Shown here piece by piece: positions 31,519-40,545 of a stretch of DNA of 64,000 nucleotides. Origin of the DNA: Thermoplasmatota archaeon (GTDB lineage Archaea; Thermoplasmatota; Poseidoniia; Poseidoniales; Thalassarchaeaceae); the NCBI GenBank assembly GCA_030828405.1, contig JAURCP010000003.1:73460-137459 (forward strand), in the 5' to 3' direction. Both the position numbers and the translations under genes were made by a program. Under the pieces are notes generated by a model, which searched no databases, was not told where the DNA came from, and saw only the letters and a program-made list of their open reading frames with translations. Position 1 is the stretch's first letter. Each line of letters begins with the position of its first letter.

Positions 31519-32586
31519 TCAATATAGATAGAAGAATGGGAATACTATTACCCAAACTAAGTCAACAAAGTGCCAGTAAAGACCGAAGTATTCGATAGAT
31601 ACTGCATTCTTTGGAGTGTAACCGCCTCTAGAAGCTTTGAGAGTCATGTAGGTCAATCCAACAATTCCTCCAAAGACGTGAACACCGTGTGTTCCAGTTG
31701 TCACATAGAAAGTGGACGCACCTACACTGATGTCTGCAAGCATTGTAGCACCAGTAACTGGATCAACCCAATCATGGTGATGATAATGGTCCGCATTAAT
31801 CATATATCCTTCTGCTACAAGTGATTTAATATCATGTTCATGAATGCCTAAGAAACTAATTTCAGGTACATAGAACCCAATGAACCATTCAACCATCTTC
31901 AGAGTCAAGAAAATCACTGCTAAGAGCCATGTGCTTCCTAAATATCTAGTAACAAGTTTCTTTCTTCTATTTTCATCAATTTCTCCTACTGGTTTACTAG
32001 CATATCTTAGTGCTTGAACAATTGTGAATGAAGATACAATGAGAGCAAAGGTGTTTATCGCTCCAGGTGCAATATGCCACCATGAAGATGCGATTAGGTG
32101 GCTTGCTGGCTCAAAGCAAATCAAAGCCTCACCAGTCTCTAGAGTATACCCTTGTTCCACCCAATCTCCTCTTTCGAATACAGTCTGACAGTTTTCAATA
32201 CCCGTTCTATATCGGATATATGTACTAAATAATGATGTAAAGACCATCATTTCTGACATTAAGAATACCCACATTCCAACTTTACGGATTTGAATATTCT
32301 TGAATGGTGTCCCTGTTGACATTGGTTCATATGTTCCATCGAAAGACATATCCTGTCTCCACCAGATAATCAAACCAAATAGAACTACTAGTAGACCTAC
32401 CATCACCAAAGGTATGTAACTTGCATCAACCACATCTTTGTTGAAAGCATTAGCGAGCATGAAAAGGAATATTCCAAATCCAATACTCATCACTAACGGT
32501 GCCCATGAATTGTGTGGTGCTCCGTGATCCCAGTGATGTGGTCCCCACGCACTTGGATGATGGTGTTCGTCATGTTCTCCGCTCAA
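31519..32586 (-). CDS. coxC: Cytochrome c oxidase subunit III
   Basis: C-terminal GTHGVHVFGG...YWHFVDLVWVIVFPFFYLY. TTG start overlapping the coxI stop (TTGA). Confidence 0.9.
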   Translation of the reverse strand: MSGEHDEHHHPSAWGPHHWDHGAPHNSWAPLVMSIGFGIFLFMLANAFNKDVVDASYIPLVMVGLLVVLFGLIIWWRQDMSFDGTYEPMSTGTPFKNIQIRKVGMWVFLMSEMMVFTSLFSTYIRYRTGIENCQTVFERGDWVEQGYTLETGEALICFEPASHLIASSWWHIAPGAINTFALIVSSFTIVQALRYASKPVGEIDENRRKKLVTRYLGSTWLLAVIFLTLKMVEWFIGFYVPEISFLGIHEHDIKSLVAEGYMINADHYHHHDWVDPVTGATMLADISVGASTFYVTTGTHGVHVFGGIVGLTYMTLKASRGGYTPKNAVSIEYFGLYWHFVDLVWVIVFPFFYLY

Positions 32587-34958
32587 TTTTCCACCTCCTC
32601 TTTGTCTGCAACCATGAGCCTATTGAACCATTCTCCAAGTTTACTAGGTTCATTTGCAATATGCTCATTTGCGTCCTTCAGAGTTGGTAAGTCATGCCAT
32701 ACTCCATGTTCAAATCTACCAAAAGAAGGAGTAGGTGGAGGTGATTCTGTCATCCACTCAAACGACCATCCGCCCCATGGATCAGCAGGCGCGTCTTTGC
32801 CTCTAATCAGCGATACTATTACATTGATTATCAGTAAAAAGTTGCTAAAGAAGAATAATATTGCTGAGACAGTAATGAACATATTCCAACCAGCAGCTTC
32901 TGGCGGTAGCGCTCCTATGACGGCTTCAGTAATGACTTCACCATCAACTCCTCTCACTTCATCAACTGAAATGAAGTATGTATGATGTCTTCGTGCCATA
33001 CCCCAAACACCTAGTCTGTGCATTGGCCAAAACACTCCATTGTAAGTTATGAAAGCAGTTAGGAAATGTAAAACTCCCAGTCTTTCATCTAGCATTTTAC
33101 CACTCATTTTCGGGAACCAATAATATACTCCACAGAATAGTCCAAAGACAGTTCCTCCAACTAGTACATAGTGGAAGTGAGCAACTACGAAGTATGACTC
33201 ATGGAAATGTAAATCCATTGCCATACTTGGGAAGAACATACCTGAAATACCACCTAATGTAAATGTAACTAAGAATCCTAATGCCCACAAAGTGTGTGTT
33301 CTGTAGACTAATGATCCACCGTTCATCGTCATTAACCAATTGAAAATCTTGATTCCTGTTGGGACAGCAACGAGCATAGTGGTTAGCATTGTTACGAATC
33401 TAAGTGTTGGGTCCATTCCAGAAGTAAACATGTGGTGACCATATACAATGAATGAAACCACACCTATTCCTGCCATTGCGTAGACCATTGAACGATATCC
33501 AAACACTGAACGTCTGGCACTAGTTGCAATTACTTCTGATATAATACCGAAAGCAGGTACAATCACAACATATACTTCGGGATGCCCGAAATACCAGAAT
33601 AAGTGACTCCATAGCAAAGGATCACCTCCAGATGCGGCATCATAGAAAGCAGTCCCAATTACTCTGTCTAAGTAAACCTGTATTAGTCCAACTCCGAATG
33701 CAGGAATCGATAAGAATAACATTAGGTTTGCAATTAAGATAGACCAGGTAAACAAAGGCATTTGCATCCACCCCATTCCTTCTGCTCGCATCACTGCTAT
33801 GGTGGTTAGGAAGTTGATACCAGTAAGTGTTGATGATGCAACAAGTAATATTTGTCCTGCTACCCACATGGTAGTCCCTGAATGAGCAGTTTCACTAACG
33901 ATGTAAGGCGCATATCCCGTCCATCCTGTATCTGCTCCTGTGCCTGAGAATACTCCCGTAAATATCAGAATCGCTCCAACAGGTTGTAGCCAGAAAGACA
34001 TCGCATTTAGTCTCGGGAAAGCAAGATCAGGTGCTCCAATTTGTAAAGGGACCATCCAGTTAGCTGCACCATTGATTAGAGGCATTGCAGCAAGGAAAAT
34101 CATTGTAGTACCATGTAATGTAAAAAATTGATTATATTGATCTTGTGTTAAGAAATCATTTCCTGGTTCCATTAATTGTATTCTTATTAGAATAGCCATA
34201 ATCCCTCCAATTCCTAGGAAAAAGAATCCTGCCAAGAAATATAACGTACCAACTCTCTTATGGTCTGTTGTGGTTAACCAACCCGCAACCCAAGGCGCAA
34301 AGTTCTCCCAATCAAATGATTCAGGGTTATTTTGGTAGAATATGAATATTAGTACCGTCAACAATAGTACAAAACTAACTACGATTAATGTTGTCAATAC
34401 GGTGTATGGATTTGCTTGTTCCAATATTACAGTAGGTGAAGCGACTTGGATGCTTAACCGATTCCATTCATCTCCACTCGTACCACCTTCTGGACTTCCG
34501 GCATTACCGTTTACTGAATTAACATGGAGGATAAATTCTACATTCCTATCGTTCGACGGCGCAATCCAATCAACTAACCACGTTGTTTGGTCATTACCAG
34601 CATCAGTATGTGATACTTCATTCGGATTCCATGATTGAACAGCTGCATCACTTGGAGTAATCTCTCCATCGCTCACCCATAGATTAAATCCACCTTGATT
34701 GATATTAGATGGATCTGCAGGGCCTCCGGTGAAACCAATTGTTAGAGTATAGACTTCCGAGTAGTTGTATGTCTCCGGTAATCCTTCTAATATCGGTACT
34801 ACCGAATCACTGACAACAGCTCCATGACAATTACATCCCGAGTCTTTCACGCCAGCGACTCCGGTTGGTAAAGAAGTAGCAGAAGGTACAGCTACCATAC
34901 CCATCAAAAGTACAACAAAGATTACTAAAGTCCTAGAAGCTATTTTTTCCTTATTCAT
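32583..34958 (-). CDS. coxA: Cytochrome c oxidase subunit I (A-type heme-copper oxidase) with ~225-aa N-terminal extracytoplasmic extension
   Basis: Core motifs TTDHKRVGTLY, WYFGHPEVYVVIVP, VYGHHMFTSG, VAHFHYVLVGG. ATG at 34958 is preceded by GGGGGGAT. The N-terminal extension has a signal/TM segment, a ~150-aa soluble domain and one extra TM. Confidence 0.95.
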   Translation of the reverse strand: MNKEKIASRTLVIFVVLLMGMVAVPSATSLPTGVAGVKDSGCNCHGAVVSDSVVPILEGLPETYNYSEVYTLTIGFTGGPADPSNINQGGFNLWVSDGEITPSDAAVQSWNPNEVSHTDAGNDQTTWLVDWIAPSNDRNVEFILHVNSVNGNAGSPEGGTSGDEWNRLSIQVASPTVILEQANPYTVLTTLIVVSFVLLLTVLIFIFYQNNPESFDWENFAPWVAGWLTTTDHKRVGTLYFLAGFFFLGIGGIMAILIRIQLMEPGNDFLTQDQYNQFFTLHGTTMIFLAAMPLINGAANWMVPLQIGAPDLAFPRLNAMSFWLQPVGAILIFTGVFSGTGADTGWTGYAPYIVSETAHSGTTMWVAGQILLVASSTLTGINFLTTIAVMRAEGMGWMQMPLFTWSILIANLMLFLSIPAFGVGLIQVYLDRVIGTAFYDAASGGDPLLWSHLFWYFGHPEVYVVIVPAFGIISEVIATSARRSVFGYRSMVYAMAGIGVVSFIVYGHHMFTSGMDPTLRFVTMLTTMLVAVPTGIKIFNWLMTMNGGSLVYRTHTLWALGFLVTFTLGGISGMFFPSMAMDLHFHESYFVVAHFHYVLVGGTVFGLFCGVYYWFPKMSGKMLDERLGVLHFLTAFITYNGVFWPMHRLGVWGMARRHHTYFISVDEVRGVDGEVITEAVIGALPPEAAGWNMFITVSAILFFFSNFLLIINVIVSLIRGKDAPADPWGGWSFEWMTESPPPTPSFGRFEHGVWHDLPTLKDANEHIANEPSKLGEWFNRLMVADKEEVEN

Positions 34959-34973
34959 TACTATCCCCCCCAA

Positions 34974-35729
34974 TTAACTATGTACTGAAACAACCGCAGC
35001 CATTAGTGAATGTGAATCGCCACAGTATTCTGTGCAGAGTATTAATGAATCCCCTGTTTCAGTCATAGGAAGCCACATGGTTGTTTTCTGTCCTTGTAAA
35101 ACATCTTCTTTTGTACTTAATTCTAAGAACCAAGGAGCATGTGTTACGTCTTCAGATTCCATGACAAGTAGATATGTTTCTCCTGCCTTTAAATTGATTA
35201 CTGGTTGCATTCCATAGCCTTCAACCATTTGACTAGATACTGCACACAAATCGGCACTTAAATTGTAGTCTCTCTGACTAAATTCACTATTTACTGAAGG
35301 ATTACATTCGAATGACCAAAACCATTGCTGGCCAGTCAATTCAATCACATGATAACATTCTGAATTCACGAATCCTGTATCTTCAAAGAATATATTGTTC
35401 GAAGATTGACCTTCTAAACATTCATCCCCTCTAGCTTCACTTCCTGGTGCTGCCCAAACATGATCTAAAGGCGCCCATGAGATATAAGTCAGATAAATAA
35501 TTAGTAGAAATGGCAGAACTGTCCAAGCTACTTCTAGTTTCAGATTATCATTATGTTTTGGAAATACACCAACAGTCAAATCATCAACGTTACCTGCTTT
35601 TTCTCCATCTGTAGACCTATATGCGAATGAATGATGATACAGCCAACCGAAGGTAAAAACTCCAACGAGTAATGACCAAAGAATATACTCGTCCCAAAGT
35701 ACGTTAAACAGAGGTGATGTCACAGCCAT
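34974..35729 (-). CDS. coxB: Cytochrome c oxidase subunit II (CuA)
   Basis: Two N-terminal TM helices and the CuA motif CTEYCGDSHSLM with upstream H (VTHAPW). Confidence 0.92.
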   Translation of the reverse strand: MAVTSPLFNVLWDEYILWSLLVGVFTFGWLYHHSFAYRSTDGEKAGNVDDLTVGVFPKHNDNLKLEVAWTVLPFLLIIYLTYISWAPLDHVWAAPGSEARGDECLEGQSSNNIFFEDTGFVNSECYHVIELTGQQWFWSFECNPSVNSEFSQRDYNLSADLCAVSSQMVEGYGMQPVINLKAGETYLLVMESEDVTHAPWFLELSTKEDVLQGQKTTMWLPMTETGDSLILCTEYCGDSHSLMAAVVSVHS

Positions 35730-35928
35730 GGGTATCTCGTTTCAATGGGAATGAAACCCACTCATAAGTGTCGCGGATAACACCCCTTACTAACCTACTA
35801 GAAACAATCCTAAGAATAACTTCTAAACCAACTATAATCAGGAACTAATGAAATGCTTTATTGCTCTCGTCAAAATCCTAAATTTCCACACTTTTCCTCT
35901 GAGAATCATAATTGAAAGAGATGTTAAT

Positions 35929-36399
35929 ATGAATCGCAAAAAAAATCTCAGCATTAGGGAAGAAAGATTTTTTCTTGCAGCCAGAGCAATTAAAGAATCT
36001 ATAATACGTAATTTGCCAATAGATGAGGGGGGCTCCAATTGTCCTATTCTTGTGGAAGGAATAAACGATGTAAAATGCCTTAGAGTACTTGGATTTTCAG
36101 GTATTATTGAAACTGTGAATAAGGGATGGGATAGGCCAAGAATGATTGCATATTTGTATGAAACATATGGTTCCGAATTAGCTATTGATGGATTACCAAG
36201 AATTATTCTATTGATGGATTGGGACAGGACTGGAGAAATTCTTCAAAAATCATTTACAAATGAATTGAATTCTATGGATGTAAAAATTGACCAAAATTTA
36301 AGGAATATTCTAGCAAATCAACTTAAATTTGAATGTAAAACGGTGGAGTCAATTATCGGTTTTTCAGATTCACTATTGGAAGTTCTTTCTCAGATTTAG
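35929..36399 (+). CDS. Small Toprim-domain protein (COG1658-like)
   Basis: ILVEGINDVKCLRVLG (Toprim Glu) and LLMDWDRTGE (DxD). The ATG at 35929 gives 156 aa; the ORF-track start at 35848 is the alternative. Confidence 0.55.
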   Translation: MNRKKNLSIREERFFLAARAIKESIIRNLPIDEGGSNCPILVEGINDVKCLRVLGFSGIIETVNKGWDRPRMIAYLYETYGSELAIDGLPRIILLMDWDRTGEILQKSFTNELNSMDVKIDQNLRNILANQLKFECKTVESIIGFSDSLLEVLSQI

Positions 36400-36403
36400 A
36401 ATT

Positions 36404-36850
36404 TCATTCAGGAAGCGATGCAGTTTTCTCTTTTACAGTGTTCAATACTAGATGAGTGATTGATCTTTCTACTCCGTCAATAGATAGGACATTTTTTGAT
36501 AAATCATCAAGATCTTTTCGATTTTTAGCCCTAGCAATAACCATTGAGTCAAAGTCTCCAGTTACGTCATATACTCCGTGAACTCTTGAATCCGTAGCGA
36601 TTTTTTCTTGGATTTCTATTAATCTACCTTTCTGTATCCTTAGTCCGATTACTACATTTAACTCCCAACCAATTTGATCAGGATCAAGAATCACGGAATA
36701 ACCCTTGATTACGCCGTTCTTCTCCATTTTTTTTACTCTATTAGATACAGTTCCAAGAGACACTTTAACGAGTTCAGAAATCTTCCTCAATGATGTTCTA
36801 GCATCATCTTCTAAAACTTTAATTATTTTTTTATCAATTTCATCAAGCAA
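36404..36850 (-). CDS. Lrp/AsnC family transcriptional regulator
   Basis: TTG start. HTH LDEIDKKIIKVLEDDARTSLRKISELVKVSLGTVSNRVKKMEKNGVI, then a RAM/ACT-like C-terminal domain. Confidence 0.9.
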   Translation of the reverse strand: MLDEIDKKIIKVLEDDARTSLRKISELVKVSLGTVSNRVKKMEKNGVIKGYSVILDPDQIGWELNVVIGLRIQKGRLIEIQEKIATDSRVHGVYDVTGDFDSMVIARAKNRKDLDDLSKNVLSIDGVERSITHLVLNTVKEKTASLPE

Positions 36851-36938
36851 GTAATCACTTCATGTTGCCTATTGAGGATAGGCTATTGAACATATGCTAA
36901 ATAATAATAAATTTTTCTAATCAAATGTTTAGTACATA

Positions 36939-38594
36939 CTATTCTTCTTCATTTTTTATCAGAATCGGTAGGTTCCTTTTTGCCCTTAGTATTCTCCTTT
37001 CCTGCTCAGAAATCATTAGAGAAACTCTCCCTCCTATCCAGACGGGGAGGCAAGTATTTTCATTTTCTTCAATCAGAATATGCCCTCCTCTTATCTTATT
37101 CAATTCAAGGCTTATTTCGTATGCAGGGGGCTCTATTCCATTCAGTAAATTATCGATAACTTCACTACTTACTATCGACTTTCCATGTTTGATATTATCA
37201 ATCATTTTCGGTGCTGCTTTACCAACAATTCTTTCTAATTTTCCATTTTGTAATTTTATGCTAATAAGTCCTAAGTGTATTACTCTAAGTGGTCTCCATC
37301 TTTTTCCCGGAATAAAAGTCCGACCACTTCTTTTACTCCTATCCGAATTCCAAATTCCTTTCGCTTCGGGTGTTGACCAGAGTATACTTTTACCTCTCCT
37401 CCAAAGATTTTTTTCATCCCATCCAAGAGTTTCATCTATTAATTCTTCAATTTCAGGTTTTATTGGTTGAGGGAAATTTTCTTCATCAGGTTTTATTTTT
37501 TCTGGCTCAAGAAATTTATCATAATCTACCTTTCCAACATCATAATCTTCATCTTTTTCCAAAACAGCAACGAAGAATCCTCCTGCATCTACATCATCAT
37601 TCCAGATTCTCAAACATTTCCTCAATTCTTCTTTGATACTATTATTGATTGGAGGTGTTATTGAATTATTACCCTCAGTACCTTTTGAGATATTCCCCTC
37701 CTCATCTAATTGTGGCCAATCAGTCATCCCATTTCTACCTGGTAATTTTGTTAATAATTTAGATGCTGGTGACAATGAAATTCCTATATCTAATTTCAAA
37801 ATTTCAGAAATTACTGCTTCATTTTCTATAGGGTCGAGAGAACACGTTGAATATACAATTCTTCCACCTGGTTTGGTTAGATTAACAGCTTTAACCAATA
37901 ATTCTAATTGTAATTTATGTAATGTTTTTCCACCAGAGGGTAGCCATTTTTTCCAAACATCTGGATTTTTCCTAGTTGTCGCCGAACCAGTACAAGGTGC
38001 ATCTACAAGTATTCTATCAAATCCTGATTTTGGAACTTTGGGTATAAATCTACCATCATGATGCACAATCATTGGAGTAATTGAACCATGTCTCTTAGTA
38101 TTAGCAACAAGAGTATTTATTCTACTATTGGCAATTTCATTCGCCATTACGATTCCTCTACCTTCTAAATGTTCAGCAATTTGAGTAGTTTTTGATCCCG
38201 GACTTGCACACATATCCAGTACTAAATCTCCTGGTTTAGCATCTAAAGCAATAGCCGGAATCATAGATACTGCCTCTTGTCTAGTCAATCTCCCTGTTTC
38301 ATGAAGCGCAGCTAAAATTATTTTCACATCTCCTTCTGCTTTACCTCTCGGAAATGGTAGCGTCCATGCACTACCCACTCCTGCGAACCATTCAATCTTA
38401 ATCGCTCCAATTTCTTGAAGCCAATTTTCAACCCACTCAATATCATCTCTAAGTGGATTTACTCTTACAGTCTCATTCAATCTTTCAACAGACTTTTCAA
38501 GCCACTTTTCAGGATCCTTTCTCCAATTGCTAACTGCATTCATTAGAACACTATCCGCCGCAATGGTTTCCCATGAACGCTCGTCTATGTCCAT
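36939..38594 (-). CDS. NOL1/NOP2/Sun-family RNA (cytosine-C5) methyltransferase with C-terminal extension (RsmF-like architecture)
   Basis: VLDMCASPGSKTTQIAE (motif I), ILVDAPCTGSATTRKNPD (motif IV PC), IVYSTCSLDPIENE (motif VI TC). Confidence 0.9.
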   Translation of the reverse strand: MDIDERSWETIAADSVLMNAVSNWRKDPEKWLEKSVERLNETVRVNPLRDDIEWVENWLQEIGAIKIEWFAGVGSAWTLPFPRGKAEGDVKIILAALHETGRLTRQEAVSMIPAIALDAKPGDLVLDMCASPGSKTTQIAEHLEGRGIVMANEIANSRINTLVANTKRHGSITPMIVHHDGRFIPKVPKSGFDRILVDAPCTGSATTRKNPDVWKKWLPSGGKTLHKLQLELLVKAVNLTKPGGRIVYSTCSLDPIENEAVISEILKLDIGISLSPASKLLTKLPGRNGMTDWPQLDEEGNISKGTEGNNSITPPINNSIKEELRKCLRIWNDDVDAGGFFVAVLEKDEDYDVGKVDYDKFLEPEKIKPDEENFPQPIKPEIEELIDETLGWDEKNLWRRGKSILWSTPEAKGIWNSDRSKRSGRTFIPGKRWRPLRVIHLGLISIKLQNGKLERIVGKAAPKMIDNIKHGKSIVSSEVIDNLLNGIEPPAYEISLELNKIRGGHILIEENENTCLPVWIGGRVSLMISEQERRILRAKRNLPILIKNEEE

Positions 38595-38766
38595 ACTCCG
38601 ACGGTTAACTAATCACCCATGAATCAAACGGATTAGAGTTGTTGCTAATTTACGGTTTCCGTTAACTTATTTTCATACTGAAAACAGTCTACAAGACTTT
38701 TCTTTACCAATAATAGTTATACCTTCAAACAAACCCTCAAGGGTTGCGGTAGTTTCCGCATTTGGG

Positions 38767-39129
38767 ATGCACATGACTAGACTAAGAAGACGTATAGCAA
38801 AAGAAACGGGAGAACCGATAAGAACCGATAAAGGGGGGGCTTCAAGAAAATTAGAAGAATTATTGCAAAGAGCCAGAATGAACGGAGCCAAACAGGGCCC
38901 ATTAGTACCAGTTGAAGCATTAATCAATGTTGAAAGAGATGAATGGGTTTGGCAAGTAGTTGACAAAAGAGTTCTTGATGCATTAAGTCATAGATTAATA
39001 TTTCAATCAGATAATGGTTCGAGAAGAGAGATACTCATGACTATGGGGTTAGAAACTGCAATGGATGCTGCTTCCTGTATTGTTGAACTAGATGGTGGGT
39101 GTGTTCTTATTGAGACTTTAGACCCTTGA
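38767..39129 (+). CDS. Hypothetical protein
   Basis: 120-aa ORF with protein-like charged/helical composition. I prefer it to the overlapping antisense ORF 38673-38966. No family recognised. Confidence 0.4.
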   Translation: MHMTRLRRRIAKETGEPIRTDKGGASRKLEELLQRARMNGAKQGPLVPVEALINVERDEWVWQVVDKRVLDALSHRLIFQSDNGSRREILMTMGLETAMDAASCIVELDGGCVLIETLDP

Positions 39130-39215
39130 AAAGGCAATTTTTTAGATTTTAATCTTTATTTTTTAGAATTCAATGATTCGCGGCGTTGAAATACTAAATG
39201 TAGGTCCGATTGACA

Positions 39216-39407
39216 ATGGCAAAGGACAAGAAGGGAAGTGGAATCCAGCAAGCGGCTGGTCTGATTCGTTACTTCGATGAAGAATCTGAGGATGCAATTC
39301 AGATTTCAAGAGGTATGATTTACTTTGCTTGTATATCTTTTTCAGTAACAATTTATCTTGCGAATCATGGTGTTCTACACTGGTTAGCAGATACTTTTGG
39401 ATTTTAA
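39216..39407 (+). CDS. secG: Preprotein translocase subunit Sec61beta (archaeal SecG)
   Basis: MAKDKKGSGIQQAAGLIRYFDEE plus a single C-terminal TM. The AGL(I/M)RYFDE motif is typical of archaeal Sec61beta. Confidence 0.75.
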   Translation: MAKDKKGSGIQQAAGLIRYFDEESEDAIQISRGMIYFACISFSVTIYLANHGVLHWLADTFGF

Positions 39408-40259
39408 CTACTCAGATTCAGTTAAATCTACGAAATCAATGTCATTATTCAGTAAATCACTTGCATTTATTTCTTCAGTATTTTGATTTTGTTTTGCAGT
39501 AGATTTTGAAACTATAGATTCTATTTCAGATGATCTCACTTCGGTATCGGGATTTGCTTCAACCAATGCAGTAATCGCTCTTCCAAGTGCTCTTTCAACC
39601 GCTGGTGCATTTCTATCTAAAAGAGCTGCTCTAGCATCTTCTAAAGCAATCTTTGCATTATCAAGTATAATTTCTATTTCGGGGTCAGTACCTATTAATC
39701 CTTTAATTTCATTTTCAACAATTATTATTTCTTCTTCCATTTCATTCCGAGCATATTTGGACAGCTCTCTCCAACATTCTCCATGCTCAGTTAGAGATGC
39801 ATTAGTGATTTTTTCAAACTTCTTAACCCTAGATGCTTCCCAAGGATTTCTTCCTAGCGCTGCCATTATATCATGTACGCATCTTGCTCTGAGAGACAGT
39901 GGGCCAATCAACTCAATTTCGTTATAGAAGCATTTTGCCCAAAGTCCGAATCCCCAATATGATGCACTTTTAATACTAATTTTTAATTCTCCTGAAGAAG
40001 AATTGAGAACCCATTGCTGCTCATCATAATCAGGTTTTTTTGAGAATTTAGGAGGGTCATGAGGTCCTAATGAACGCAGCGACACATTTGCGATATCACC
40101 AAGAAAAACAGTAGTAGTTTTACCTTGCCAACCAATATTCCTGAGATAATTTCCTTCATCAATTCTCATTTCTGGTTCTCCAGAAATAACTTGAGCAAAT
40201 AATAAGCTACGATTTGGGTCACAACCAAGAGGTTTTTTTGGAGTAGCTCCTTCTTTCAC
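39408..40259 (-). CDS. Hypothetical protein (283 aa) with acidic C-terminal tail
   Basis: Long clean ORF. N-terminal beta-rich half, helical half, then a tail ...DLLNNDIDFVDLTESE. No family recognised. Confidence 0.6.
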   Translation of the reverse strand: MKEGATPKKPLGCDPNRSLLFAQVISGEPEMRIDEGNYLRNIGWQGKTTTVFLGDIANVSLRSLGPHDPPKFSKKPDYDEQQWVLNSSSGELKISIKSASYWGFGLWAKCFYNEIELIGPLSLRARCVHDIMAALGRNPWEASRVKKFEKITNASLTEHGECWRELSKYARNEMEEEIIIVENEIKGLIGTDPEIEIILDNAKIALEDARAALLDRNAPAVERALGRAITALVEANPDTEVRSSEIESIVSKSTAKQNQNTEEINASDLLNNDIDFVDLTESE

Positions 40260-40350
40260 AATTGTCCGTAGTGTCTTTCAAACATCAACCTACTGATTTC
40301 CCTGATGTCATGACAACAACTGCTAAGTTCCTCCAGTTTAACTTGATATC

Positions 40351-40545
40351 ATGCCAAGGAGGAAGTATGGTCGTCTGGTGAAAACGGTAGAGCGACCACC
40401 GAATGACAATTGTTCTCGTTGTCGTTCTGGAAAATACTGCCCTATCCCTGGCCATATTGGTAACGATGCCTTAGCAAATAGGGATTGGCAGGGCCCAGAA
40501 AATGTCAATAAAAGAGAAAATAAAAAGAATCCTGCTAGAAAATAA
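40351..40545 (+). CDS. Small basic Cys/His-containing protein (hypothetical)
   Basis: 64-aa ORF, MPRRKYGRLVK...CSRCRSGKYCPIPGH...KRENKKNPARK. Fills the intergenic space, but support is weak. Confidence 0.3.
   Translation: MPRRKYGRLVKTVERPPNDNCSRCRSGKYCPIPGHIGNDALANRDWQGPENVNKRENKKNPARK

Noticed and set aside
34824-34835. CNCH in the CoxI N-terminal domain as a heme c attachment site
   Set aside because: Canonical covalent heme binding needs CxxCH (rarely CxxxCH or CxxCK). This motif is CxCH, so I do not call it a cytochrome c domain. It is kept only as an unexplained motif in the finding.
36925-37470. 181-aa plus-strand ORF, plus 37370-38061 plus-strand ORFs
   Set aside because: They are entirely antisense to the well-supported NOL1/NOP2/Sun methyltransferase gene, and their Ser/Leu/Phe-rich composition is typical of antisense frames in AT-rich DNA.
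38673-38966. 97-aa minus-strand ORF overlapping the 38767-39129 plus-strand ORF
   Set aside because: Its composition is Ser/Thr/Leu/Cys-rich and low in charge, whereas the plus-strand ORF looks like a soluble protein. Only one can be real and neither has a family match, so the plus-strand call is itself low-confidence.
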